64,000 nt of DNA. It comes from Leptolyngbyaceae cyanobacterium (GTDB lineage Bacteria > Cyanobacteriota > Cyanobacteriia > Phormidesmidales > Phormidesmidaceae). The position numbers and the translations under genes were made by a program. The notes beneath the pieces were generated by a model, which saw only the letters and a list, made by a program, of their open reading frames with translations, had not been told where the DNA came from and did not search any database. The stretch covers positions 2,176,001 to 2,240,000 of the forward strand of contig CBDHHL010000032.1 of the NCBI GenBank assembly GCA_965263355.1, written 5' to 3'. This document shows positions 42,375 through 52,043 of the stretch, piece by piece. Within the stretch, counting starts at the first letter, position 1; the number at the start of each line of letters is the position of its first letter.

Positions 42375-45300
42375 GTGCCATCTGTTTCGATTCCTGAACA
42401 AGGTCAGCTTGTGGATGTCCGTCAGAGTCGCTTTGTGGTGACGGATGTTCAGCAGACGGTGATGCCAAAGGTGGCAGGACTATCGCAGGCTTGTCATAAG
42501 GTGACGCTCTCGTCGGTGGAGGATGATGCTCTAGGCCAGGAGCTGCAGGTAATTTGGGAACTGGAGCCGGGTGCCCATGCCTATGAGAAATCTGAACTGC
42601 CAGAGCCAACTGCTTTTGATTCGCCGGAGCGGCTGGATGCGTTTCTGGATGCGGTGCGATGGGGGGCGGCTTCGTCAGCGGATATTCGGAATGTGCAGTC
42701 ACCGTTTCGTAGCGGCATTGATATTGAAGACTATCAGCTTGATCCGGTCGTACGGGCAATTCAGATGCCACGGGTGAATCTGCTGGTGGCGGATGATGTG
42801 GGTCTAGGAAAAACGATTGAGGCGGGTCTGGTTGCTCAGGAGCTGATTTTACGGCAGCGGGTGCGGCGCATTGTGATTGTGTGCCCATCAGCGTTGCAGA
42901 TTCAGTGGCGGGACCAGATGCGGGATAAGTTCGGTCTGGATTTTCGCATTGTTGATAGCGACTTGATGAAGCGGCTGCGGCGACGTCGGGGCATTCATGT
43001 GAATCCGTGGACTCATTTTCCTCGGCTGATTACGTCGATTGATTTTTTGAAACGGGACCGACCGCTACGACTGTTTCGGGAGGTGCTGCCTGCGGAAGGG
43101 GACTCTATCTATCCGCGTCGGTTTGATCTGTTGATTTTGGATGAGGCCCATAATGTAGCGCCGTCGGGCAGTGGTCGCTATGCAATCGATTCTCAGCGAA
43201 CAGCGGCTATTCGGCTATTGGAGCCGCATTTTGAACATAAGCTGTTTCTGACGGCGACACCCCACAATGGCTACCCAGAAAGTTTTACGGCACTGCTAGA
43301 GCTATTGGACAACCAGCGATTTGCCCGTGGGGTGTCGCCCGATCGCAACCAGCTCCAAGTGGTCATGGTACGACGGCTAAAGCGGGAACTACCGCCCCGA
43401 TGGGATGGGACACCGCGCTTTCCAGAACGCAAGCTGGAAGCGATTGGGGTGGACTATAGTGCCGAGGAAAGGGCGGTCCACCAGCAGCTGCAGGAGTATA
43501 CAGAGCTGCGGTGTAAGGGGGCTGAGGATGATGCAACGGAACTCTATGCGACGAAGTTTGTGCTGAAGCTGCTGAAAAAGCGGCTGTTTTCGTCCCCCGA
43601 TGCGTTTCGTACCACGCTAGCGCAACATCAGCAGTCCTTGGTTTCGGCGACGCGGCAGAAAAGTAAACGGTTTGCCAAGCCATCGGTGGGCATTTTGCGG
43701 CGGCAGTTGGAGCAGGTGGACGAGGAATTTGCCGATGATGCTGGCTATGAGGGGAGTATGGAAGATGCGATCGCATCCTCTTCTCGTCTATTTCGCTTAC
43801 CGAGCCCCACCGAACAGCAGCTATTAGACGCCATGGCCGCCTGGGCTGAACAGGCATCACGACAGCCTGATGCGAAAGCGCAACAGCTGCTGGAGTGGAT
43901 CAATACCGAGATTCGACCTGATGACACCTGGTCGGACCAGCGGGTGATCATTTTCACGGAATATCGGGCAACGCAGAAGTGGCTGTATAACCTGATGGCA
44001 TCAGAGGGGATGGCCAGTGACGAGCGGCTGATGACGCTTTACGGCGGCATGGATTCTCAGGACCGGGAAACGGTGAAGGCAGCGTTTCAGGCGAAGCCGG
44101 ATGTATCGCCTGTCAGGATTTTGTTGGCGACGGATGCGGCCTCGGAAGGGTTGGATCTGCAAAACTACTGTTCGCGGCTGATCCATTATGAGATTCCTTG
44201 GAACCCCAACCGGATGGAGCAGCGCAATGGCCGCATAGACCGCCATGGGCAGCGGGCCGATGCGGTGCAGATTTATCACTTTGTGGGTAAGGATTACCAG
44301 ACTACGGCTACGGCAGGGGTGAAGCCGGGGGAGCTGGAGGGTGACCTGGAATTTTTGATGCGGGCAGCGCTAAAGGTGGATGCCATTCGCGAGGACCTGG
44401 GGAAGGTGGGACCGGTGATTGCGGCCCAGGTGGAAGAAGCGATGCTGGGGCAGCGGGTGATGCTGGATACTACCCGAGCTGAGCAGGAGTCGGCACCGCT
44501 GCGACGGATGTTGAAGTTTGAGCGCTCCGTTCGAGATCGCATCGAGCAGCTTAAGGCTCAGCTGGGTGAAACGCGCACTAATCTGCGGCTGACGCCGGAC
44601 AATATTGCCTCGGTGGTGTGTATTGGTCTGGAGCTGGCGGATCAGCCGGGGCTGATACCCGTAGATTTGCCGGACGCTAAGGGGCCAGCGTTTCAGCTAC
44701 CGGCGCTTAAGGGGAGCTGGGCGGCCTGCTCTGAGGGATTGGCCCATCCCCACACCCAGGAAATTCGACCGATTGTATTTGATCCTGATGTGGCTCGTGG
44801 TCGGGATGATGTGGTGCTGGTGCATCTCAACCATCGGCTGGTGCAGATGTGTTTGCGGCTATTGCGGGCAGAGGTGTGGTCGCGGCAGGGACGACAGCGG
44901 CTATACCGGGTGACGGCGCGGCGGGTGCCAAGCGATGCGTTGGAGCATCCGGTGGTGATTGCCTATGGGCGGCTGGTGATCCTGGGGGGCGATCAGCAGC
45001 GGCTGCATGAGGAAATGATCACGGCAGGTGGCACGCTCAAGGAGGGGCGCTTTAGCCGCTTGAATGTAGGTGAGGTGCAACGGGCGCTGGCGGCGGCGCT
45101 GCCGGAGCGGGTGCCTGAACCCATGGAAGAACGGCTAACGGCGCTGTGGCCCAGTCACCAGAATCAGCTGTTGCGATCGCTAGAGGTGCGCATGGCGGAT
45201 CGGACTCAGGGGCTGCAGAAAAAGTTGCAGGAACGCTGTGAGAAGGAAGTGGCAGATGTGACGGCGATTTTGACGGAGCTGCGGCAGCGGATTTTGAATG

Positions 45301-45518
45301 AGCTGGAGCAGCCTGAGGTGGAACAGTTAGAGTTGTTTAGCACCACGGAAAAAGAGCAGTTCCAACGCAATCAGACCAGCCTGCAATTGCGAGTCGAGCA
45401 AATTCCTGAAGAAATTGAACAGGAGACAGCCCTTATCCGGGAACGCTTCAGGGAGCCAACACCGCGATTATTTCCATTAGCGGTGACCTATTTGATTCCG
45501 CAGAAATTCATTAACTAA
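42375..45518 (+). CDS. drmD: DISARM-type SNF2-like helicase DrmD
   Basis: PEQGQLV.VR N-terminus, LDAFLDAVRWGA, ADDVGLGKT, DEAH, TATPHNG, PWNPNRMEQRNGRIDRHGQ. Confidence 0.85.
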   Translation: MPSVSIPEQGQLVDVRQSRFVVTDVQQTVMPKVAGLSQACHKVTLSSVEDDALGQELQVIWELEPGAHAYEKSELPEPTAFDSPERLDAFLDAVRWGAASSADIRNVQSPFRSGIDIEDYQLDPVVRAIQMPRVNLLVADDVGLGKTIEAGLVAQELILRQRVRRIVIVCPSALQIQWRDQMRDKFGLDFRIVDSDLMKRLRRRRGIHVNPWTHFPRLITSIDFLKRDRPLRLFREVLPAEGDSIYPRRFDLLILDEAHNVAPSGSGRYAIDSQRTAAIRLLEPHFEHKLFLTATPHNGYPESFTALLELLDNQRFARGVSPDRNQLQVVMVRRLKRELPPRWDGTPRFPERKLEAIGVDYSAEERAVHQQLQEYTELRCKGAEDDATELYATKFVLKLLKKRLFSSPDAFRTTLAQHQQSLVSATRQKSKRFAKPSVGILRRQLEQVDEEFADDAGYEGSMEDAIASSSRLFRLPSPTEQQLLDAMAAWAEQASRQPDAKAQQLLEWINTEIRPDDTWSDQRVIIFTEYRATQKWLYNLMASEGMASDERLMTLYGGMDSQDRETVKAAFQAKPDVSPVRILLATDAASEGLDLQNYCSRLIHYEIPWNPNRMEQRNGRIDRHGQRADAVQIYHFVGKDYQTTATAGVKPGELEGDLEFLMRAALKVDAIREDLGKVGPVIAAQVEEAMLGQRVMLDTTRAEQESAPLRRMLKFERSVRDRIEQLKAQLGETRTNLRLTPDNIASVVCIGLELADQPGLIPVDLPDAKGPAFQLPALKGSWAACSEGLAHPHTQEIRPIVFDPDVARGRDDVVLVHLNHRLVQMCLRLLRAEVWSRQGRQRLYRVTARRVPSDALEHPVVIAYGRLVILGGDQQRLHEEMITAGGTLKEGRFSRLNVGEVQRALAAALPERVPEPMEERLTALWPSHQNQLLRSLEVRMADRTQGLQKKLQERCEKEVADVTAILTELRQRILNELEQPEVEQLELFSTTEKEQFQRNQTSLQLRVEQIPEEIEQETALIRERFREPTPRLFPLAVTYLIPQKFIN

Positions 45519-45519
45519 T

Positions 45520-46228
45520 ATGGTTAGTCTGCAACATCCACCTCAATCTAACGATGGAATTGATCAAAGTAGTTTTCGCAAATACATTGATCAATTCCAG
45601 GTAGCTTTGGACGATGAAATTAGAGCGTTACGAAACTCTGGCGGTCAGCGAACCCACCTGACATCTGGGACTTATCTCAGCAGGCGAAGCAGTGGAAAAT
45701 ATTTGTACGGATTTGTAGCTGATAGTGAAATTCGGTTCCAGGATGAAACTCCAATCGAATTAGAGCTACGGAATAGAAGAAAATCTGAGCCCATAAAAGG
45801 GATTCTTGTTTCTGTTGATGGCTTTGACGTAACGTTAGCCCTAGAAGAAAAGATTGGGAAAAAGGTATCTGCGGCAACCTTAAATACCTCACCTATATTT
45901 CTCTTAGAAGCTTTAAAAGGAAGTTTTGAACAAACTAAAAATCAAGGCACCAAGGCCAATATATATCTGGCCAATTTGTTGTTAGATCCAGTAGGAATAC
46001 CTGCTATAGACTGTACTGGCAACGCACGTAAACTCCTGACAAAGCTAGAGGAGCGATTTAATCAAGCGATTATCCGAAACTCTTCTCAAGAGCGAGCTGT
46101 TGAACAGGTTCTAACTAATCGAATTAGTTTTATTTGGGGACCTCCAGGTACGGGTAAAACAACCACCCTAGGAATGACGGTAGCGGCATTAACCCAGGCT
46201 GGAGAGTCTGTTCTAATCCTTTCCCACA
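45520..46228 (+). pseudogene. SF1 (UPF1/DNA2-like) helicase N-terminal fragment, truncated by IS66
   Basis: NSSQERAV..FIWGPPGTGKTT..VLILSH; homology stops where motif Ia (S.N.AVD) would continue. Confidence 0.75.
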
Positions 46229-47869
46229 GACCGTCCCAGGAAATTAAAGAAAACTTAGGGAATGAGGGGCTCGAACTTCGTTAGGTTTTGAGTATGGATA
46301 AAGAGATCGAAATTGCTGGTATCAAGGTTCCGCAATCAGACTGGGAGGCAACACCGCCAAGCATCCAGTCATTAGTAACGGCATTGGTAGAACGTCTAAA
46401 CTGTCAGAGTGAGCAAATAGCCCAGCTAAACGAGCGTTTAAGCCAGCTGGAAGAACGGCAAAATCAGACCTCGAAGAATTCATCGAAACCACCCTCGACA
46501 GATGGGTTTGGCCAAGGAGTAAAGGCGACAAAGAAGGCGAAAAAACGAAGGAAGTCGAGTTCATCAGAGTCTCCTCCTCGTCAAGCCCGTACGCTCAAGG
46601 CGAGTGAAGAGTGTGAGCGGAGTTATGACGTGAAGCCAACCATGTGCAAGGACTGCGGAGCTGAGTTGAGTGGAGATGATCGCCATCCACATCGGCATCA
46701 AGAGATAGAGTTGCCACCGATTGAACCGTTGGTGATTGAATACCGTCTACATCAGCTGAGTTGTTCGGTCTGTGGAGAGATGACCCGAGCAGGCTTACCG
46801 TTAGGCGTTTCCCCCTCCGGATATGGAGAGCGTTTGAGTGCCATCGTGAGTCTGTTGAGTGGACCGTATCGTCAAAGCTATCGTCAGGTTTGTCGACTGA
46901 TGGATGAGGTGTTTGAGGTGCGATTGTCCCGTGGCAGTATTGGTCGTTTGCGCGCAGAGGTGAGTGCCGCACTCGCAGCACCCGTGTCAGAGGCAAAAAC
47001 GTATGTCCAGTCTCAGCCGAGGGTCCATAGTGATGAGACGGGATTTCCCCAAGGGAATAGTGATGGCAAGAACCCCAAGAAAACCAAAGGGTGGTTGTGG
47101 GTGTTAGTGACCCCGTTAGTGAGTTTTTTTGAGGTGGTGTTTAGTCGGTCTCAGGCAACGGCTAAAGCGTTGATTGGTGACGCTTATCCAGGGATTGTCA
47201 TCTCTGACCGCTGCAGTGCTTACACCTGGATTGACCCCGACCACTGGCAAACGTGTTGGGCACATTTGAAACGCGATTTTACGGCCATGGCTGAGCGCTC
47301 AGGGGCTTCCCAAGATATTGGTGATGCCTTGCTACGTCGTCAGAAGCGGTTGTTTCGTTGGTGGCATCAAGTCAGAGATGGCACCTTGTCACGTGAGCAG
47401 TTTATCACCCAGGTCAATCGCTTACGGGATGGCTTTAAAGGGGTACTCGAAGAAGCGGCATCACTACCGATTAAACCAAAGGAAAAGACGCCGTTGGCGA
47501 AAACCGTTAGGACCTGTCGCCGGTTACTGAAGGTTGAACCGGCCCTATGGACGTTCGTCTATAAAACTGATGTGGAGCCGACTAATAATTCGGCTGAGCG
47601 TGCCTTGCGACCCGCTGTGATTTGGCGACGTACTAGTTTTGGGTCTCAATCGCAAGGCGGCAGTCAGTTTGTAACTCGAATGTTAACGGTCACAACCTCT
47701 CTAAAGGCTCAGGGAAGACATATTCTCGATTTCCTCACACAGGTCTTATTAGCCAAACGCAAGGGAGACCTTGTTCCTTCGCTCCTTCCTCAATCAGACT
47801 TGCCGGTCTCAACATCCTCTAACGATAGAATATTGCCTGCTGCTTAAAAGACTAATATGAGGGACACTC
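46229..47869 (+). mobile_element. IS66-family element (single-ORF type)
   Basis: Imperfect ends GACCGTCCC..AATTA and TAATATGAGGGACACTC; both flanking genes are truncated at these points; no target duplication. Confidence 0.65.
46294..47847 (+). CDS. IS66 transposase
   Basis: NSSKPPSTD, C..CG zinc ribbon, HSDETG, SDR, QTCWAHLKRDF and PTNNSAERALR motifs. Confidence 0.93.
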   Translation: MDKEIEIAGIKVPQSDWEATPPSIQSLVTALVERLNCQSEQIAQLNERLSQLEERQNQTSKNSSKPPSTDGFGQGVKATKKAKKRRKSSSSESPPRQARTLKASEECERSYDVKPTMCKDCGAELSGDDRHPHRHQEIELPPIEPLVIEYRLHQLSCSVCGEMTRAGLPLGVSPSGYGERLSAIVSLLSGPYRQSYRQVCRLMDEVFEVRLSRGSIGRLRAEVSAALAAPVSEAKTYVQSQPRVHSDETGFPQGNSDGKNPKKTKGWLWVLVTPLVSFFEVVFSRSQATAKALIGDAYPGIVISDRCSAYTWIDPDHWQTCWAHLKRDFTAMAERSGASQDIGDALLRRQKRLFRWWHQVRDGTLSREQFITQVNRLRDGFKGVLEEAASLPIKPKEKTPLAKTVRTCRRLLKVEPALWTFVYKTDVEPTNNSAERALRPAVIWRRTSFGSQSQGGSQFVTRMLTVTTSLKAQGRHILDFLTQVLLAKRKGDLVPSLLPQSDLPVSTSSNDRILPAA

Positions 47870-48810
47870 AAAAAAGACTGAGCGCAATTAAAGCGAGTTC
47901 GGTCTTCACCAAAGGCCGCTAACAATCGTGGCGCTAAATGAGGCCCAGCCCCTGGCAATGCCTTAAAAAGTTCTGCATCCGGCAGCGATTCAAATAACGA
48001 GGCAATTTGACGCTCAAACACAATCAATTGCGACAAGACTACTTTCAATAAAGCGACTAAGCCTTGCATTAACGCTTGGGCTGGAATGGTGATAGCGTCG
48101 TCTCGCGTCAAGGGTGGCCCAGCGTCTTGAATTTGCTGAGTTCGCCGTTGAATCGTGGTTTTGCGAATGATGTGATGGCTACGAAAGAAGTCTCTCAAGA
48201 CATCAGCTGTAGCAGCTTGAGCCTCTTGTAAATTGGGAAACTGTTCAAGGAATTCACAAAACGCAATGGTGTCTTTATCTTCAAACCAGTCGAGCACTTG
48301 AGGAAAATAGGATTTGAGTGCGGCGGTGATCCGATTCGTCAGCCGGACCTTCTCACCCACTAACATGCGACGGGACTCAACCCATTGTCTCAATGCACGA
48401 TGCTTCGGACAACCTGATGTCCAGATATCAAGTTTTTCACCATGTTTTTGCATCAATTCGACGATCAGTTTGGCATCGATGGGATCCGATTTGGCCCGCG
48501 AGGGCTGAAACGCTTTGCGATAGTTCGCGACCGTTCGAGGATTAACGGGCACCAGCACCAAATTCTCGTATTGACATAGGCCATAAAGGAGGGGGCCGCG
48601 TTTCTGCTCCAACCCAACCAGCAACTTGGACTCTCCATAGGTTTTTCGTAAGCGATTGACCCAATCTGCAATGGATTGGGGCTTGGATTGAATCGTGCAA
48701 TGCTCCCAGGTTTCGTTCTGGCAGTCATAGAGCGCAATATCATGTTTACGATCTGCCCAGTCAATCCCGATATAAGCCGCATATGCTGTTGGACTTTGAT
48801 TGAGTTTCAT
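47870..48810 (-). pseudogene. IS110-family DEDD recombinase, 3'-truncated
   Basis: YIGIDWADRKHD, GLE, KSDPIDA, LPGAGP..RF; ends before the G..P...SG catalytic-serine region. Confidence 0.88.
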
Positions 48811-48849
48811 TGTGCTAAATTGAGGGTGTTTTTGTTTGACGGAGAGTCT

Positions 48850-49147
48850 GCCACCAGTCGCCTTGCGAAGTGATTATGGAAAGGGTTATTTCCCTGCTCC
48901 CTGAGGATTCGTTGGGCAGCGATTGGACTGGCTTGAAGGGCGATTCGATATGTTAGTAGTCATCTTCTGACTGGCGCTGCATAGTCGTCCCCCCAAGCTA
49001 GCAGATTCTCTCCTTTCTTGACTCTATGCTTTTTTCCAGATTTAGAACATCTAAAGGGAGGAGCGATACGATATGTTAGTAGACATCTATACTGTCGTCC
49101 AATGCATAGTCGTCTCCTCCCGTTTTTCTATGCTCGTCCCCCCATAA
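48850..49147 (-). ncRNA. putative IS110 bridge RNA in the left non-coding end (two target-type loops and one donor-type loop)
   Basis: Three stem/internal-loop/hairpin modules at about 49055-49122, 48931-48998 and 48854-48926; loop sequences match attC and the element terminus. Confidence 0.7.
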
Positions 49148-49227
49148 ACGCCCATGCACACCGACCGCCGAAGGTGGATCGGTGTGATGCAAAGGTTATC
49201 TGCAGCGGGTGATGGGCAGCGTTATGC
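49147..49227 (+). other. attC site 1 (R'' box displaced by IS110)
   Basis: CCCATGCAC pairs with GTGATGGG leaving an extrahelical G; ends in R' GTTATGC. Confidence 0.75.
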
Positions 49228-49248
49228 GGCAGTACTCAAAGGTGCTTT

Positions 49249-49626
49249 ATGAGGAACAGGACCGTTTTAATCTCTCTATTCATCTTTTCTGGATCCTATG
49301 CATTAGGGAGCGTAACAAAACAGATCCGTCCACATATTGATTCACCATTGATACACGACGCAATTTTGGGTTGGTTTCCAAGTTTTATCTACGTATTCGG
49401 AATGCTTTATGTCATTCCTATCTATAAGCATCTCCTTAACCAAAAAGAAACTAAGACTAATTTTGCAAAGCTCTTTATGTGGGGAACATGTGGAGCTTGC
49501 TCATACGAGTTCTTACAGCTATTCATACCGTCACGAACATTCAGCCTCTTGGATCGGATTGCGACTATTACAGGTGGCATTGCCTCATGGTATTTGTTCG
49601 TGTGGCTGAGTCTTGACAAAAGTTAA
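49249..49626 (+). CDS. small membrane protein (VanZ-like), cassette ORF
   Basis: Starts about 20 bp after R'; hydrophobic; YEFLQLFIPSRTFS..D motif. Confidence 0.55.
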   Translation: MRNRTVLISLFIFSGSYALGSVTKQIRPHIDSPLIHDAILGWFPSFIYVFGMLYVIPIYKHLLNQKETKTNFAKLFMWGTCGACSYEFLQLFIPSRTFSLLDRIATITGGIASWYLFVWLSLDKS

Positions 49627-49802
49627 CGAAACTCTCGCTTTACCATACAATTGAGTTTCAGGCAGAATATATGTACTATTAAATTAGTAATGGTCAGCTC
49701 AAGCTCTTGTAAATATAGCTTAAAGAAGCCTTAGAAACCTTTATGGGATATACGTTCTTTATAATAAGAGCTGTAGATTAAAAGCCTATTGATATCTATA
49801 CT

Positions 49803-50039
49803 ATGCTAGCCACTAGTGAATCACTCAAACAGGATATTGAAAAGCTCACTGACGAGCAGCTGCAGCAGGTTGCTGAGTTTATCGCTTTCCTTAGGTTTCA
49901 AGAAAAACGGAAACGTATAACTCTTGATCCAGTCCTTTTAGCTCCCCTTGCAACTGAATTTGCAGAGGAAGATCGTGAACTTGCAGAATCAGGCATAGGC
50001 GACTATTCGGATATGCTTGCTCAAGAAGATCAGCTATGA
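49803..50039 (+). CDS. putative antitoxin (DUF2281-like)
   Basis: IEKL.DEQLQQVAEFIAFL; ATGA overlap with the toxin gene. Confidence 0.7.
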   Translation: MLATSESLKQDIEKLTDEQLQQVAEFIAFLRFQEKRKRITLDPVLLAPLATEFAEEDRELAESGIGDYSDMLAQEDQL

Positions 50040-50389
50040 CCAAACAACTTCATCGTGGAGAAGTCTGGCTAGCAAACCTCGATCCTACCCAAGGTTCTGA
50101 GCAATCAGGTATTCGCCCTGTCATAATTTTTCAGAATGATATTGTTTCAAAGTTTTCTACAACAACGATTACTATTCCTCTGACAACAAATAAGCGTCGT
50201 GCCTCTTTGCCAATTTGTGTGATGATAAACCGAGGAGATGGTGGGTTACGACAAGATTCTGTTGCGCTTTGTTTTCAGCTTCGAGTACTGGATAAAACGC
50301 GATTAATTAAGCGTTTAGGACAACTCAACCCACAGACAATTGCTGTGCTGGAAGAAGTCGTTTTAGTAACCTTAGGATACGATTTATGA
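50036..50389 (+). CDS. mazF: PemK/MazF-family toxin
   Basis: RGEVWLANLDPTQGSEQSGIRPVII.QND and QLRVLDKTRL motifs. Confidence 0.9.
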   Translation: MTKQLHRGEVWLANLDPTQGSEQSGIRPVIIFQNDIVSKFSTTTITIPLTTNKRRASLPICVMINRGDGGLRQDSVALCFQLRVLDKTRLIKRLGQLNPQTIAVLEEVVLVTLGYDL

Positions 50390-50410
50390 AAGTGTTAACT
50401 TGCTGGGCTA

Positions 50411-50488
50411 GCATAACCCTACGCAGGAGCGGACGGACAGAAAATTCTAAATACTTGATAACATACTGACCGCCGCTCAGCTTCAACG
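50411..50488 (+). other. attC site 2 (split at G|TT by IS1111-type element; R' completed at 51976)
   Basis: GCATAAC-CCTACGCAGGAGCGGACGG...CCGCCGCTCAGCTTCAACG, then TTAGAC after the IS. Confidence 0.82.
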
Positions 50489-51975
50489 ACTATGAAGCCG
50501 TGAACGTGTCAAGTGGGTTTCGGCATATTTTTTCAGGGAGTCTCTCATTTTTTATCCACATCAATCTCTCATCTTGTTGTTGACTAAGATGCTTTGTCTT
50601 TGTTATTCAGAATGTCTTTTTGATTGAGAATCAATGAGGCAAAGTGGATTTAACCGACTGTCCGAGGTGTCAATGCTTTTGAACTTATGTTCTACTGCAT
50701 TGCCTCAAGAGTTTTTGCAAAGGTGCATGGCTTATAACTCCTACGGAGACGCTACGCGAACGTTAGGGCAACCTTGTTGCAGATTACGTGAAGCTTCAAG
50801 CTCATGCTAGAGTCTCACTTTGCTCTCTCCATTCTCTCTTCTAAATTTTGTTCTCTATGGTGTTGGCTGAGCTAACTCTGGATTCCACGGCTGGTTGTGT
50901 AACAACATCGCCCAACATCGCACCAACAACTTCCGGGCAACGGCTACAATCGCTGTTTTCTTGCGGGTCTTCTGTCCTCCACTAATGCGGGCATAAGTGG
51001 CTGCCGCCCATTCGTTGTGACGTAACATCAGCCAGGACACTTCCACTAATGCCGTTCGGAGTAATCGAGGGCCTCGTTTAGTAATCTTGCCCAGGCGATT
51101 AGTTTGACCAGACTGATGCTGCTGAGGAATTAATCCAGCATAGGCAGACACTTGTCGCGAATTCTTAAATCGCTTTGGGTCATCCAAACAGGTGACAATT
51201 ACCTCGGCGGTTTTACGGCCAACCCCAGGAATCGTCTGCAATAGTTGGATACGCTCCTCCTGCTTGGCAAGTAGTTCTAATTTCCGTTCAATCGTTGCCA
51301 GGTGTTCCCATAGTTGGTCCAGCATCGTTAATTCTAAATCTAATTCCCCACGCCATAGATTGGTCTCATTGCACTCCACGAGTACTCGTCGGTGTTGGCT
51401 TAATTCGTCAATCCCCTGAACGCTCCAGGCTCGGTGGCCTGATGGCATTTTCACACCTTGTTGATCAAACAACGCGCGAATCGCATATCGCATTTTGAAC
51501 TCGATTGATCCGCCAAACCACCACTTTACGATATTTCACTAAGTGCCGATATTGGCGACTCTCTGGGGCAGGCACGTACACAGGGTTAATCTGCTCCAAA
51601 GCAGCCAGTTTTGCTAATTTCAAGGCATCGTCTTTATCGGTTTTGCGTTTGACGTTTTTCCACCGTCAGGCTTCCTGACTGGGATCGGCCACCAATACTC
51701 GATAGTCTTCGGCAACGCAGAGATCGTTTACCCAGCCGGTAATTGAACACGTTTCCACTACCACCAAGTCTGGTTGAGTACGATGTAATATTTCTTTGAA
51801 TTCCCGTCGGTACGTCTTGAACGTGTCAAATTCAGTCGCGTTACTCTCCGTGTCCAGCAGACACGATACACAGTTGAATTTGCCCAGGTCGATCGCTAGA
51901 ATCTTCATAACGTTTCTCCAAGTGTCAGAGGGGATAGCTGGATGTCTATAGCCTCTCACGGCTTGCATAGATTCT
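50489..51975 (-). mobile_element. IS110/IS1111-type element inserted in attC
   Basis: Sub-terminal inverted repeats CTATGAAGCCGTGA and TCACGGCTTGCATAG; long non-coding region 3' of the transposase; removing it restores CAACGTTAGAC. Confidence 0.85.
50855..51908 (-). pseudogene. IS1111-type transposase pseudogene
   Basis: MKILAIDLGK..VVE..KTDKDDA..IPGVG..GLIP..QSG; in-frame TGA (probably from TGG) at 51666-51668 and a 7-bp ATGCGAT tandem duplication near 51480-51493. Confidence 0.88.
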
Positions 51976-52043
51976 TTAGACAGAGTCGTCTGCGGGCGAG
52001 AGAGTCGAGAAGCGCCCAGTAAGTATGGCGACAGCAGAAAGGG

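Noticed and set aside
42295..44542. Long antisense ORFs over drmD and other genes
   Set aside because: Shadow ORFs of GC-rich coding sequence with no independent signals.
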